From Myxococcales bacterium (GTDB lineage: Bacteria; Myxococcota_A; Polyangia; Polyangiales; Polyangiaceae), in contig SYFR01000388.1 in assembly GCA_005800325.1 (NCBI GenBank), forward strand, positions 1 to 42,250: 42,250 bases of DNA, written 5' to 3'. The notes under the pieces were generated by a model that had not been told where the DNA came from, made no database searches, and saw only the letters and a list, made by a program, of their open reading frames with translations. Shown here in pieces: positions 19,340 through 28,705 of the stretch. A program made the position numbers and the translations under genes. The first letter of the stretch is position 1. Every line of letters begins with the position of its first letter.

Positions 19340-20623
19340 TCAGCAGCCGGCCAGGAGGTCGCGAGCGAGCTCCGGCAAGCCGCCGAGCGCCTCGGCGACG
19401 CTCAGCGCCGCCTCCACGAACAGCAGCGTGAGCGAGATGCGTCCGGCGTGTCGCGTCGCGATCACCTGAAATCCTGGGGGCACGAGCACGGCGGGGACGG
19501 TGAAGGCATCCGTGACCGGGCGGCCGCCGAAGGTCGCGAGCTCGAGCGCTCCCGGGTTCGAGAACACGAACGAGCCGCGCTCGCCGCCGAAGGGGCGGCG
19601 CATCCCGTAGCTCTAGAGCGGAGCCGGGAGCCTTCGTGTGACCGAGAGCGCCGCGACCATCGCGACGTCGAGCTTCTCGCGCACGAGGTCCCGCCGCTGG
19701 GCGGCGAGGCTCTCCACGGCGCGGCGCTCGTCGAACAGCGCGTCGCGGTCGAGCTCGAGCATCATCATCGACAGGTTGTTGCCGAACATGCGCGCACGCT
19801 CGACCTTGGAATCGAGCGATACCGGGACGTGAACGAGGTAGTGGATCGGGCAGAGCGACCGCCGCAAGAGCGCGCGATCGAGCATGCGCGCCGAGGCCCA
19901 CAGGAGCACGCTCGTGTCCGAGAGGCTCGCGCGTTTTCGCAGCGACGCGGTGAACGCACGCGACTCCGACTCCGAGAGGCGCAGGCGCACGGCCCGCATC
20001 GCGCCCGGTTCGCGAGCCGCCGCCGGCCCGCACGCGCTTACGACCGGGCGGCGCGCCAGACGCATGACGTGCCGGAAATACCGGCTCGCGAACGCGTGGC
20101 GCTCGCGCATGCCCGCCGGGAGGAGCTCGTCGGAGGTCTTGGTGCGAAGCTCGCGAGCCGGAAGCGGTTCGTTGAGCGCCGCGCCGAGCGACGCGACGAG
20201 GCGGTTCGCGCCGTGCGCGTCGGTGAGCGGATGCAGCCACCGAAAGACAACGTGGTCGTGCCGCTTCCCGCGCAGTACGTGGAGCTGCCAGGTGGCCCTC
20301 GGCGGGAGCGGCTCGCCGATGAGCCCCACCGCAGCTTCGAGCAGCTCGGACTCGCCGTCGAGGTCGCTCGTGGTGACGAGCAGGCGCGACGCGCCGGGGG
20401 CTACCTGCTTCCACACCGGCGCGAGCGTACGGTCGAGCGACGGGTAGCGGCGCAGCTCGTCCATCCCATCGTCGAGCGCCCGCACGCGGCGGTCGAGCGC
20501 CTCGAGCTCGAGCCGACCGTCGAGCGCCAGGGCCAACGCGCAGTGGTTGCCCGAGAAGCCAGCGGCGCGGAGCTCTTCATGCCCGCGCAGGTGAAAGACG
20601 CCGACCGCACCGAGGGAAGTCAC
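19340..20623 (-). pseudogene. WS/DGAT- or condensation-domain-like acyltransferase interrupted by a single in-frame TAG (336-aa N-part, stop, 3 codons, 87-aa C-part)
   Basis: The N-part contains WLHPLTDAHG (an HXXXD acyltransferase motif). ORFs 19613..20623 and 19340..19603 share a frame, joined as ...RRLPAPL*SYGMRRPFGG... The C-part FSNPGALELATFGG resembles the WS/DGAT C-terminal NVPGP block. Confidence 0.5.
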
Positions 20624-20668
20624 AGGGCCCGTGTGTGCGGTAGCACGGCCGGCGCTGCGGTTGGTCGT

Positions 20669-23038
20669 CTAGCGGCCGAGCGCCTCGGCGCGATTCACGA
20701 TGCGCGGCGAGAGGAAGATGACGAGCTCGCTGCGCGAGTCGCTCGAGCGACGGCGCTGGAAGAGCACGCCGAGCACCGGGATGTCGCCGAGCACCGGCAC
20801 CTGATCGAGGTTGCGACCGGTGTTGCGGGTGTAGATCCCGCCGATGACCGCCGTGTGACCGTCGCGAACGATGAGGTCCGTCTCGGCCTCGCGTCGCAGG
20901 ATGGTCGGATCGCCACGCGCCGAGGTTTGGTTGAAGTCCGGCTCGTCGCGGTTGACGCGAACGTGCATCGAGACGCTGCCGTCCGCGGTGACGTGCGGAA
21001 TGACGAGCAGCTGCAGACGAGCCTCCTGGAAGACCGTCTGCACGCCCTGCGCGCTCACCTGTGAGAACGGGATGAGTGTGCCCTGGTTGATGCGCGCCTC
21101 GTGGTTGTCGAGCGTGAGGATGCGCGGGCTCGACACGACGCGCAGCATGCCTGCGGTCTCCGCCGCCGAGAGGCGCACGCGCAGCGACACGGAGTTGTCG
21201 ATGGAACCGAGCGTGAGGCCGAGCGCACCGCCGGCCCCGCTGCCGACGGTCGCGGGCAGGTTGACCGCGAAGTTCGGGGTCGGGATTTGCGGGTTGTTGG
21301 GCGAGAGACCGCCGGTCGGAGCCTGCTGGTCGTGGGCACCGCCGACCGCGCTGACGGCCGAGGGGAAGATGAGGCCCGTCTCGTTGCCGGTCGCCGGACC
21401 GAAGTTGAGATCGCCACCCCACTGGATACCTGCGTCACGCTGGAAGCGGCTCGTCGCCTCGACGATGCGAGCCTCGATGAGGACCTGCGGCGTCTGCGTA
21501 TCGAGCGCGCGGACGAGCTCCTCGACGCGGTTGAGGTTGCCCGCGACGTCTTGCGCGATGAGCACGTTGGTGCGCGCGTCGACCGAGAGTGTGCCGCGCG
21601 GCGAGAGCATTTCCTTGGCGCGCTCCTGCATGTCGCCGGCGGTCGCGTAGGAGATGGGGATGAGGCGAACCTCGAGCGGCTCGAGCTGCAGTCGGTTCCT
21701 GAGCTCCGCGACCCGAATCTCGCGCTCCTTGGCGAGGTCGGCCTGCAGCGCGATGCGCACGATGTTGCCGCGGCGCTCTTGCCCGAGCTTCTTCGCGCGC
21801 AGGATCGTATCGAGGGCCTGATCCCACGGCACGTTCGTCATGCGAATCGTCACCGAGCCCTCGACGTTGTCGGCCGCGACGACGTTGATGTTGCCGACGT
21901 CGGCGAGAATGCGAAATACGTTGTGGATGTCGGCGTCCTTGAAATCGAGGTTGACGCGCTTGCCGGAGAACCGGGTGCTGTCGTCGACCTGCATCGGCGT
22001 CGTCGGCAAGAAGGCGCCGGCCTTGTCGGGCTCCGACTGCCACTCGCCGTCATCGCCTGCGGTGCCATCGGCCGAAGCTGCGCGACCGGCCGAGGCCGTG
22101 GCGCGGCTGGCTAGCGGCTCCGCAAACGGAACCAGCGCATCGGTGCCGAGGCTCTTCGTTCGGCGCGCGGCGAGGCCGTCGGCGCCGAGCCCCGTGACCG
22201 CGGAATCTGCCTTGCCCCGCTTGAACACGTAGTGAAGCGCGTTCTGGTACCGCACGACCGCGCCGGTCACGCCCTCGACGTGATCCACGTCGACGAGGAT
22301 CTTGTCGCCGCGCACGTAGGTGGACAGCGCGCGGACGACGCCGCCGAGCGCTCCCGCGTCGAGCGTGCGCTCGAGCTCCTTGGGCAGGGTTGCGCCCGAG
22401 ATCTCGAGGAGCGAGCGCGTCGTCGACCGCTGCGTCGTCGCGTAGGTCGCGGCGCCCGCCACGTCGACGATGACGCGGTCTTGCCGCTCGCCACGGTCGA
22501 AGCGTACGTCGGCGATCGTCGCGAGCGATGCCTTGCTGGCCTTGCCCGTCGCGGCCGGCGCTTCGACCAGCGGGTCCTTCATCGGTGCGGTCTTGTCGGC
22601 CTCCCGCAAGACGATGCGTAGCCCGTCGGCCGCCGCCACGATGCGATATTCGGCGAACTTCTCGAGCTGGATGAGCACGCGCGTCGTGCTCGCACCCTCT
22701 TGCTCGAAGGCCTGGGTCATCACGCCGCCGACGACACCGCTGCCGTCGGTGATTGCCGTCTTCGCGGCGGCCACGACCGCGTCACGCAGGTCGATCACCA
22801 TGCGCTTGCCGCCCTGGGTCACCCGCGCGGAGTAGCTCGGCTCGCCATCGGTGCGGATGCTGACCTCGCTTCCGCCTCCCGGCGCAAGGAGTAGCTCGAC
22901 TGACGTAACGCGCCTGAGTGGCACCTTCGCAGTCGAGCTCTTGCTCGCCGTAACCACCAAGGCAATGGCCAAGAGCATCGTCATCAAGCGCACGACGCCA
23001 GGCGCACTTCGCGTCATTCCTACGGCATGGACACTCAT
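20669..23038 (-). CDS. pilQ: Type IV pilus secretin PilQ
   Basis: N-terminal AMIN-like repeats are followed by VNLDFKDADIHNVFRILADVGNINVV and a C-terminal secretin domain (VPVLGDIPVLGVLF). I prefer the ATG at 23038. A GTG at 23110 would overlap pilP by 14 nt. Confidence 0.85.
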   Translation of the reverse strand: MSVHAVGMTRSAPGVVRLMTMLLAIALVVTASKSSTAKVPLRRVTSVELLLAPGGGSEVSIRTDGEPSYSARVTQGGKRMVIDLRDAVVAAAKTAITDGSGVVGGVMTQAFEQEGASTTRVLIQLEKFAEYRIVAAADGLRIVLREADKTAPMKDPLVEAPAATGKASKASLATIADVRFDRGERQDRVIVDVAGAATYATTQRSTTRSLLEISGATLPKELERTLDAGALGGVVRALSTYVRGDKILVDVDHVEGVTGAVVRYQNALHYVFKRGKADSAVTGLGADGLAARRTKSLGTDALVPFAEPLASRATASAGRAASADGTAGDDGEWQSEPDKAGAFLPTTPMQVDDSTRFSGKRVNLDFKDADIHNVFRILADVGNINVVAADNVEGSVTIRMTNVPWDQALDTILRAKKLGQERRGNIVRIALQADLAKEREIRVAELRNRLQLEPLEVRLIPISYATAGDMQERAKEMLSPRGTLSVDARTNVLIAQDVAGNLNRVEELVRALDTQTPQVLIEARIVEATSRFQRDAGIQWGGDLNFGPATGNETGLIFPSAVSAVGGAHDQQAPTGGLSPNNPQIPTPNFAVNLPATVGSGAGGALGLTLGSIDNSVSLRVRLSAAETAGMLRVVSSPRILTLDNHEARINQGTLIPFSQVSAQGVQTVFQEARLQLLVIPHVTADGSVSMHVRVNRDEPDFNQTSARGDPTILRREAETDLIVRDGHTAVIGGIYTRNTGRNLDQVPVLGDIPVLGVLFQRRRSSDSRSELVIFLSPRIVNRAEALGR

Positions 23039-23096
23039 ACGAGTGCCACGGTACCGAGTGTGTCGCAGATGGCCTAAATAGTGACGCGAGAAACTG

Positions 23097-23681
23097 TCAC
23101 GAGCCGCCACGCGACTCGCCCGCCTCGTAGAGCGGCACGACGCGCGTCGTCGGCGGGATCTCCGGATGCGACACGTCCTCGCGCACGAAGACGATGTCGG
23201 TCGGCCGGATGCGATCGACTCGCCAGTTGATCGCGATCTCTTGTGCGTCGGTGCCGCCGGTGCTCACGAACTCCGCACGACCGACGAAGTCGCCGGTGTA
23301 CACGACCCAGCCGAAACCGGTCGCGTCGTCGAGCAACGCCCGTCCCTTCGCTCCGGAGATGAGCCCGACGAGCTTGAGCTCGTCCAGCGAGTACTGCGCG
23401 GCCTTCACCTTGCGCTGGTTGACGGCCAAGATGTCGTCCGTCGGCTTTTTGAAGAGGCTCGTGTAGTCGCGGAACGGGTCGCGCGCCTCGTCCGACTCCA
23501 CGAAGTCCGCCTCGATGAACTGAGCCCCGCTTTGGGCCTCTTCTTGTGACTTTTCTTCGGCTGCCGCGGCCGACGCGCTCGCGGCGGGGGCTCTCTCACC
23601 GAGGGACGGATCGACGGTCCCGCCTTCGCACCCGAAGGCGCCCGCGGCGAGGAGGGTCATGAACACGAGCGGTCGCTTCAT
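23097..23681 (-). CDS. pilP: Type IV pilus assembly lipoprotein PilP
   Basis: MKRPLVFMTLLAAGAFGC is a lipobox signal. The gene sits between pilO and pilQ, and its ATG at 23681 overlaps the pilO stop (ATGA). Confidence 0.75.
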   Translation of the reverse strand: MKRPLVFMTLLAAGAFGCEGGTVDPSLGERAPAASASAAAAEEKSQEEAQSGAQFIEADFVESDEARDPFRDYTSLFKKPTDDILAVNQRKVKAAQYSLDELKLVGLISGAKGRALLDDATGFGWVVYTGDFVGRAEFVSTGGTDAQEIAINWRVDRIRPTDIVFVREDVSHPEIPPTTRVVPLYEAGESRGGS

Positions 23682-24334
23682 TTGCCGGCGCCTCCGTGGC
23701 GATCCTTCTGCCCGCCTTCCGCGCCCGCCGCTCGGGAACGAAACGCGGTGGCCAGACACGTAACCTCGACGAGGACGCTCTCGCTCTGGGTGTTGCCCGC
23801 CTTCGCGGCGCCCGCGTCCTGGTGCACGGTGAGCTGAATGTTCTCCATGTTGATGATGCGGTCGACTTGGCCGATCCCGTAGAAGAACTTGGCGATTTGG
23901 TGGAATTTACCGACGAGCTTCAGCTCCATCGGCAGCTTCGCGTAAAACTGCTCGGCGACCTCGTCTTTCGGCTTCCAGCTCGCGAGCGTAACGCCGGAAA
24001 TCGTGGCCACGCTCTGCAGCGTCGAAAGGAACGTCGGCATCTCGGCCTCGTCCGGAAGCATCTTCTTTTGCTTTCGAGCGAGGGCCTCGTGGCGCGCCTT
24101 CTTCGCGAGGTCCTTGTTGTATTCACGCTTCGCGGCCTCGGCCTCATCGAGGCGTGCCCGCTGCTCGGCGAATTCTTGGGTCTTCTGATCGATACTCGTC
24201 GAGACCTCGCCGAAGAAGATCACGAAGTAGGCGGCCGCGGCCATGAGCATGAGCACGAAGCCGACGGTGACCTTGCCCGCGAGCGAGAGGCTGTCGAGGC
24301 CGCCGGTCGACTTGAGCTTGATCGGCGCAGCCAT
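23678..24334 (-). CDS. pilO: Type IV pilus assembly protein PilO
   Basis: A single N-terminal TM segment (VTVGFVLMLMAAAAYFVIFF) is followed by a coiled coil and a C-terminal ferredoxin-like part. It lies in the conserved position between pilN and pilP. Confidence 0.75.
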   Translation of the reverse strand: MAAPIKLKSTGGLDSLSLAGKVTVGFVLMLMAAAAYFVIFFGEVSTSIDQKTQEFAEQRARLDEAEAAKREYNKDLAKKARHEALARKQKKMLPDEAEMPTFLSTLQSVATISGVTLASWKPKDEVAEQFYAKLPMELKLVGKFHQIAKFFYGIGQVDRIINMENIQLTVHQDAGAAKAGNTQSESVLVEVTCLATAFRSRAAGAEGGQKDRHGGAGK

Positions 24335-24972
24335 CAGTATTCAACCTTCACTTCCAACGCGAACTGAACGAGATCGACCTCGTCGTCGTTGGCGCTCTGA
24401 GCTCCTTCGCGCAGCTTCACGTCATTGAAGTACCGCGAGAGTCTCAGGCGCTGGGCAAACTCGTAGACATCGCCGCCGTCGCGGGCGTTGCCCTCAAGGA
24501 CCACGGTTCGCTCATTTTCGTCGTATTTCGTCAGCCAGACGCGGCGGGCATCCCACCCTGCGTCGAAGACCGCGAGCGGGTTGTCCTGCTTCAGCTTGTC
24601 GAGCTTCGCCGCATCCGCTGTCGGGCCCTTGCCTTTCGTCAGAACGCGCGACAACTCGAGCAGCACGCTGGTCGGCCCCTTGCGCGCGCCCTGCAGCTTC
24701 GCGATGGCGCTCTCGCGAGCCTCGAACTCTTCGATGATTTTCTTGACGCGCGCGTGGTCTTTGACGAGCTCGTTGATCTCCGAGACCTGAGTCTGGAGCT
24801 TGCTGACCTCGGCCTGTAGCGCGGCGAGCTCTTCTTCTTTCGTCTGGTGAAAGAAGAAGAGGCCGATGACCTCGACGACGAAGACGCCGAGCACGACGAG
24901 CATCCAGGTCTGCCCGCCGTCGGCGGCGACACGACGCTCGGCGCCGTGGGGAAGTAGATTGACGCGAATCAA
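24334..24972 (-). CDS. pilN: Type IV pilus assembly protein PilN
   Basis: The N-terminus (M)IRVNLLP is the conserved PilN motif and is followed by a TM segment and a coiled coil. The TTG start overlaps the pilM stop (TTGA). Confidence 0.8.
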   Translation of the reverse strand: MIRVNLLPHGAERRVAADGGQTWMLVVLGVFVVEVIGLFFFHQTKEEELAALQAEVSKLQTQVSEINELVKDHARVKKIIEEFEARESAIAKLQGARKGPTSVLLELSRVLTKGKGPTADAAKLDKLKQDNPLAVFDAGWDARRVWLTKYDENERTVVLEGNARDGGDVYEFAQRLRLSRYFNDVKLREGAQSANDDEVDLVQFALEVKVEY

Positions 24973-26033
24973 ACCCGCTTCTCCTTCATCCGGCGCATGG
25001 CGAGCCCGAGTGCCACCGAGAGCTGCGATGCGCGCTGCCGGGCCAGCTCTTGATTGATGTCCTTCGAGTCGATGGGGATGCGCTCGAGCGGGGCAATCAC
25101 CTCGGACGCGAGGCGCGACCTGCGCTCGACGGCACTGGCGAGCTGGGGCAGGTTCGCCGTCCCGCCCGTGAGATACACTTTCGAGATCCGGTCCTCACCG
25201 CTCGTCGCGAGGAAGAAGTCGAGCGACCGCTGAATCTCCCCCGCGATCGAGTCGCACACGGTCTCGATGACCTGAAATACCTTCGCCGGGAGCGTGCTCG
25301 CGGCGAGCGGCTGCGCCGCGGCGCATTTCATCTCTTCGGCCTGCTCGAAGGGGACGCCGACCTGCTTCACGATTTGCTCGGTGAGGTAGGTGCCGCCGTT
25401 CGCCACGTCGCGCGTGAACGCGCTGCTGCCACGGGACACGATGTTGATGGACGCCTGCGTCGCCCCGACGTTGACGATGGCGAACGTCTGCTCGGGGGGG
25501 AGGCCGCGCGTGTATTCGAAGAGGTTCTGAATGGTGAACGCGTCGATGTCGACGACGAGCGGGCGGAGCTTGGCCTGACGCGCAATCTGGACGAAATCGT
25601 TGATTTCATCGCGCTTTGCGGCGACGAGAAGTAGGTCCATCTGCCCGGCCTCGGGGCGGCGCCGAAGGATCTCGTAGTCGACGTTGACGTCCTTGATATC
25701 GAAGGGAATGTGGTTCTCGGCCTCCCACTGGATCTGCTCGTCGAGCTCGGCGATCGTCATGATGGGGACCGTGATCTTGCGGCTGATCACGGACTGGCCG
25801 CTCACGCTCAGCGCCACGTCGCGCTGCGAAATCTTGTTGTCGGTGAAGGCTCGCTGGAGCGCCTCGATCACCGCCTGTGAGTTCATCACGTGACGATCGA
25901 CGATCGTCTGTGGCTCGAGCGGGCAGTACCCAAATTTTGCCAGTGCGAAGCCCGAGCGGGCTTCCTTGAGCTGGCAAATCTTGATGGACGTTGCCCCGAT
26001 GTCCACGCCGACGAGCGGCTTCCCTTCACTCAT
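24969..26033 (-). CDS. pilM: Type IV pilus assembly ATPase-like protein PilM (actin-like fold)
   Basis: MSEGKPLVGVDIGATSIKICQLK is a typical PilM N-terminus. The protein is 354 aa. I prefer the ATG at 26033 over the Cys/Arg/Pro-rich extension to 26156. Confidence 0.85.
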   Translation of the reverse strand: MSEGKPLVGVDIGATSIKICQLKEARSGFALAKFGYCPLEPQTIVDRHVMNSQAVIEALQRAFTDNKISQRDVALSVSGQSVISRKITVPIMTIAELDEQIQWEAENHIPFDIKDVNVDYEILRRRPEAGQMDLLLVAAKRDEINDFVQIARQAKLRPLVVDIDAFTIQNLFEYTRGLPPEQTFAIVNVGATQASINIVSRGSSAFTRDVANGGTYLTEQIVKQVGVPFEQAEEMKCAAAQPLAASTLPAKVFQVIETVCDSIAGEIQRSLDFFLATSGEDRISKVYLTGGTANLPQLASAVERRSRLASEVIAPLERIPIDSKDINQELARQRASQLSVALGLAMRRMKEKRV

Positions 26034-26218
26034 GGCGAAGCGCCTCCTCGCGCGACGGGACTGGCATGGAGGTGGTTTCAGGCATGGGCATGGCGAGCGG
26101 ATGGAACACGGGCGTGCTCGACGCGAAGCTTCGCACCCCTCGTGGGTCCCGGGCAAAAGTCCGCTTTACGCACGCGACGCGAAGCTCGACCCTCGAGTCT
26201 CTCGGCCTGCAGCTGTCC

Positions 26219-27391
26219 ATGGTTTTTTCGGCTCGCTCGTCGAACTTGCCCATGCCAAGCCCGACCGTAGCGCGCGACGATGTCCGGTGCTTCGCGGCGC
26301 GCTGGCTCCGGGCTGCCGCGCTCGCCCTCGTGTTCATGTTGGCGGCCGCGGCGTCGAGCAAGAGGGCGGAGGCCGCGACGACCGCGAGCGAGTTCACCCA
26401 CGTCGTCGAGCGGGGCCAGTACTTGAGCCTCATCGCGAAGCGCTACCACACGAGCGCCGACGCGATCCGGCGGCGGAACGCGCTCAAGAAGGGCGATGCG
26501 ATCAGACCGGGCACGACGCTGTTCATCGTCGAGACGACCGAGCACCGCGCCTGGCGTGAGCATCAAGACCGCAAGCTCGGGAAGTCGCACGCCGACGGGC
26601 GCCCGCCCGCGACGACTGAACCGACACCGCGCCCGCGACAGGCACGAGGTCAAGAGGCGCTTCGCTCGCGCGAAGGGAAGGACAGCTCGCGCGAAGGGAA
26701 GCGGAGCGCCAGCGGAGCCGGGAGCCTTGCCACGAACACGGAGCGCTACGCGCGGAAGCCGGCCCGGCGCGGACAGGTGACCGTCGCTCGGCAGGCGGAG
26801 GTGTTCCGCGGACAGCTCGTCGGAAAAAATGGGCAGCTGGTTCAAAAAGCGGCGGAGAAGCTCGACTGGCTGCTGCGTTCGGTGAAAGACGACGAGCCGC
26901 GAAAGATCGATCGTCGCCTGCTCAAGTTGCTCGCCGAGATGAGCGACCATTTCGGCGGCCGGCGCGTCGAGATCGTGAGCGGCTTCCGCCCATATTCGCC
27001 GAAGCAGTTCACGCGCAACTCGCGCCACAACCACGGCCAGGCGATCGATCTACGCATCGTGGGCGTGCCGAACATTGCGCTCTACGAGCACTGCGTCACG
27101 TTCGACCACGTCGGCTGCGGCTACTATCCGAACAGCCACTTCATCCACATGGATGTGCGCGACCTCAAGACGCGCTGGGTGGACTACTCGCGGCCGGGTC
27201 AAGCGCCGATTTATGCGCGCGGGGCTGCGCGGGATAGAGCGGTGGCCGCCGCGCGCGAGGGGGACAAGAAGCGCGTCGCCGAACCGCCGCCTGCTGCGAG
27301 CCAGCCGCCGAGCACGCCTCCTGCCGCCAAGCTCACGCCGAACGACGCCGGAGACGGCGAGCGAGACGACGACTTCGAGCTCGACGAATAG
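26219..27391 (+). CDS. Secreted LysM-domain protein with a C-terminal DUF882 / peptidase M15A-like (YcbK-type) domain
   Basis: LysM block: HVVERGQYLSLIAKRYHTSADAIRRRNALKKGDAIRPGTTLFI. C-terminal block: VSGFRPYSPKQFTRNSRHNHGQAIDL...GCGYYPNSHFIHMDVRD. A signal-like segment AALALVFMLAAAASS is present. The start is uncertain (26219 or 26252). Confidence 0.75.
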   Translation: MVFSARSSNLPMPSPTVARDDVRCFAARWLRAAALALVFMLAAAASSKRAEAATTASEFTHVVERGQYLSLIAKRYHTSADAIRRRNALKKGDAIRPGTTLFIVETTEHRAWREHQDRKLGKSHADGRPPATTEPTPRPRQARGQEALRSREGKDSSREGKRSASGAGSLATNTERYARKPARRGQVTVARQAEVFRGQLVGKNGQLVQKAAEKLDWLLRSVKDDEPRKIDRRLLKLLAEMSDHFGGRRVEIVSGFRPYSPKQFTRNSRHNHGQAIDLRIVGVPNIALYEHCVTFDHVGCGYYPNSHFIHMDVRDLKTRWVDYSRPGQAPIYARGAARDRAVAAAREGDKKRVAEPPPAASQPPSTPPAAKLTPNDAGDGERDDDFELDE

Positions 27392-27440
27392 CGCCTCGGT
27401 TCATTGGAATCGAGGTCCGCGCAATGCGATTGGCGTTGGC

Positions 27441-28655
27441 TCAGAGATCCGCGTAGGGATCGTCGCTCGTCGACTTGGGCTTCGGGGGCGGGCGCGGCAA
27501 GTTGACGGGCTTGGGCGCGGACGTCGCGGACGGGAGGGCCGTCGGCGCGGTATCGAAGTTGTAGTCGCGCTGCTTGCCGGCGTTGATGTCGGCCGGCTCA
27601 TCACCGCCGCCGCGCCGCTTCAGCGCAAGCGCCGCGATGGCCCCGACGAGCACGATCGCCACGACGCCGAGGAGGACCGTGACGGCGCTGCGCGAAGCAG
27701 CTTGGCTCGGCGGTGATGGCGGCAGGGGCGCGGCCGACGAGGGCTTGGTCATGCTCGGCAGCTCGACGGCGGCGGAGGGCAGCGCTTCGGCGGCGACGCG
27801 GGTTTGGTGCCAGGGGCTGTTCGTCGATGCGAGCGGATGCTCGGTGCTCGACGCGGGCGGCGCACTCGACGCAGCCGGCGCAGGTGCGAGCGGCGCGACG
27901 TGCGAGTAGGACGGCGCCTGCGTGCCGGGGTTGGCGCTCGGTGGATTGGCCGGCGGGATCACCGAGAGCGCGCGCGTCCAGGGACTGTTGGAGGACTCCG
28001 GTGGCGCGCAAATGCCTGCCGCCGGTTGGAACGCCGCAGCAGCAGCGGAGGCGAACGGAGCGCCGCTCGCGGACGCCCGCGTCGACGGCGGTGGCTCGAG
28101 CGCGGTGAGGAATGTGGCGAGTGGCTGCAGAACGCCGGGGCTCGCGAGCTGCGCCGGAGGCCGACGTCGCGCGCGACCGATCCCCCACGCCACACGGGAG
28201 TGATGCTGAGCCGGCAGCGCGGTGGCGCCGCCTGCGTGCGTGGACGCAGCGCGCGGCGCGAACGGAAGCGCAGCCGCCGTTGACACCGGAGGCATATGCT
28301 CCGGGGTATCGCCGGTCGCGACGTACGCGGCGGACGGGTCGTAGGCCATGCCGGCGGCGGCGTGCGGCGCGGCGACGAAGGGCAACGCCCCACCAGCGGG
28401 CGGCACGCCGGGCGGCATCGCGCGCGGCATGGTGGGCGCCATCCGGCGGTTGGGAGCGACCACGACCTTGGCCGACTCTTGAGCCGGCGCCGGCCGGGCG
28501 AGCGGCGGCGACAGCGACACGAACGCGCGGGCTTCGTCAGCGCCCACGCTCCCGGTCGGAACGCCCCCGTGGGGGGCTCTGCCCTGCGGCGCGTCTGCCA
28601 TGGCCGTCAGCAGGCGGCAGCTTACCAGAACGTGTTTCGCGAGGTGACGAAACAT
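27441..28655 (-). CDS. Pro/Ala-rich low-complexity protein with one C-proximal transmembrane segment
   Basis: This is the longest ORF in the region. TM segment: AVTVLLGVVAIVLVGAIAALAL. SNSPW occurs twice. The ATG at 28655 has GGGGA upstream. Starts at 28682 (GTG) or 28601 are possible. The coding status is less certain than for its neighbours. Confidence 0.45.
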   Translation of the reverse strand: MFRHLAKHVLVSCRLLTAMADAPQGRAPHGGVPTGSVGADEARAFVSLSPPLARPAPAQESAKVVVAPNRRMAPTMPRAMPPGVPPAGGALPFVAAPHAAAGMAYDPSAAYVATGDTPEHMPPVSTAAALPFAPRAASTHAGGATALPAQHHSRVAWGIGRARRRPPAQLASPGVLQPLATFLTALEPPPSTRASASGAPFASAAAAAFQPAAGICAPPESSNSPWTRALSVIPPANPPSANPGTQAPSYSHVAPLAPAPAASSAPPASSTEHPLASTNSPWHQTRVAAEALPSAAVELPSMTKPSSAAPLPPSPPSQAASRSAVTVLLGVVAIVLVGAIAALALKRRGGGDEPADINAGKQRDYNFDTAPTALPSATSAPKPVNLPRPPPKPKSTSDDPYADL

Positions 28656-28705
28656 CGAGGTCCCCGCAACGCGTGCGCTCACGGCGCGGCATCGGGTGAG
28701 CTGCT

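Noticed and set aside
19554-19562. gggttcgag resembling a tRNA T-arm
   Set aside because: The flanks contain no acceptor or anticodon stem complementarity, and the sequence lies inside a coding frame.
19230-21064. The N-terminal ~395-aa extension of ORF 18291..20414, and the 609-aa plus-strand ORF 19235..21064
   Set aside because: The extension is Arg/Pro/Ala-rich and overlaps the acyltransferase-like gene in a different frame. The lipoprotein has a proper ATG plus lipobox signal at 19229.
26123-26134. Perfect 12-bp palindrome gcgaagcttcgc in the pilM/LysM divergent region as an operator
   Set aside because: A 6+6 palindrome is expected several times by chance in 42 kb, so it is not significant on its own. 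It is mentioned only as context.
26664-26701. 17-bp direct repeat gctcgcgcgaagggaag (x2, 21-nt period)
   Set aside because: It lies inside the LysM/M15 CDS, is in-frame (7 codons) and simply encodes the duplicated SREGK(D/R) linker peptide. It is not a regulatory or mobile repeat.
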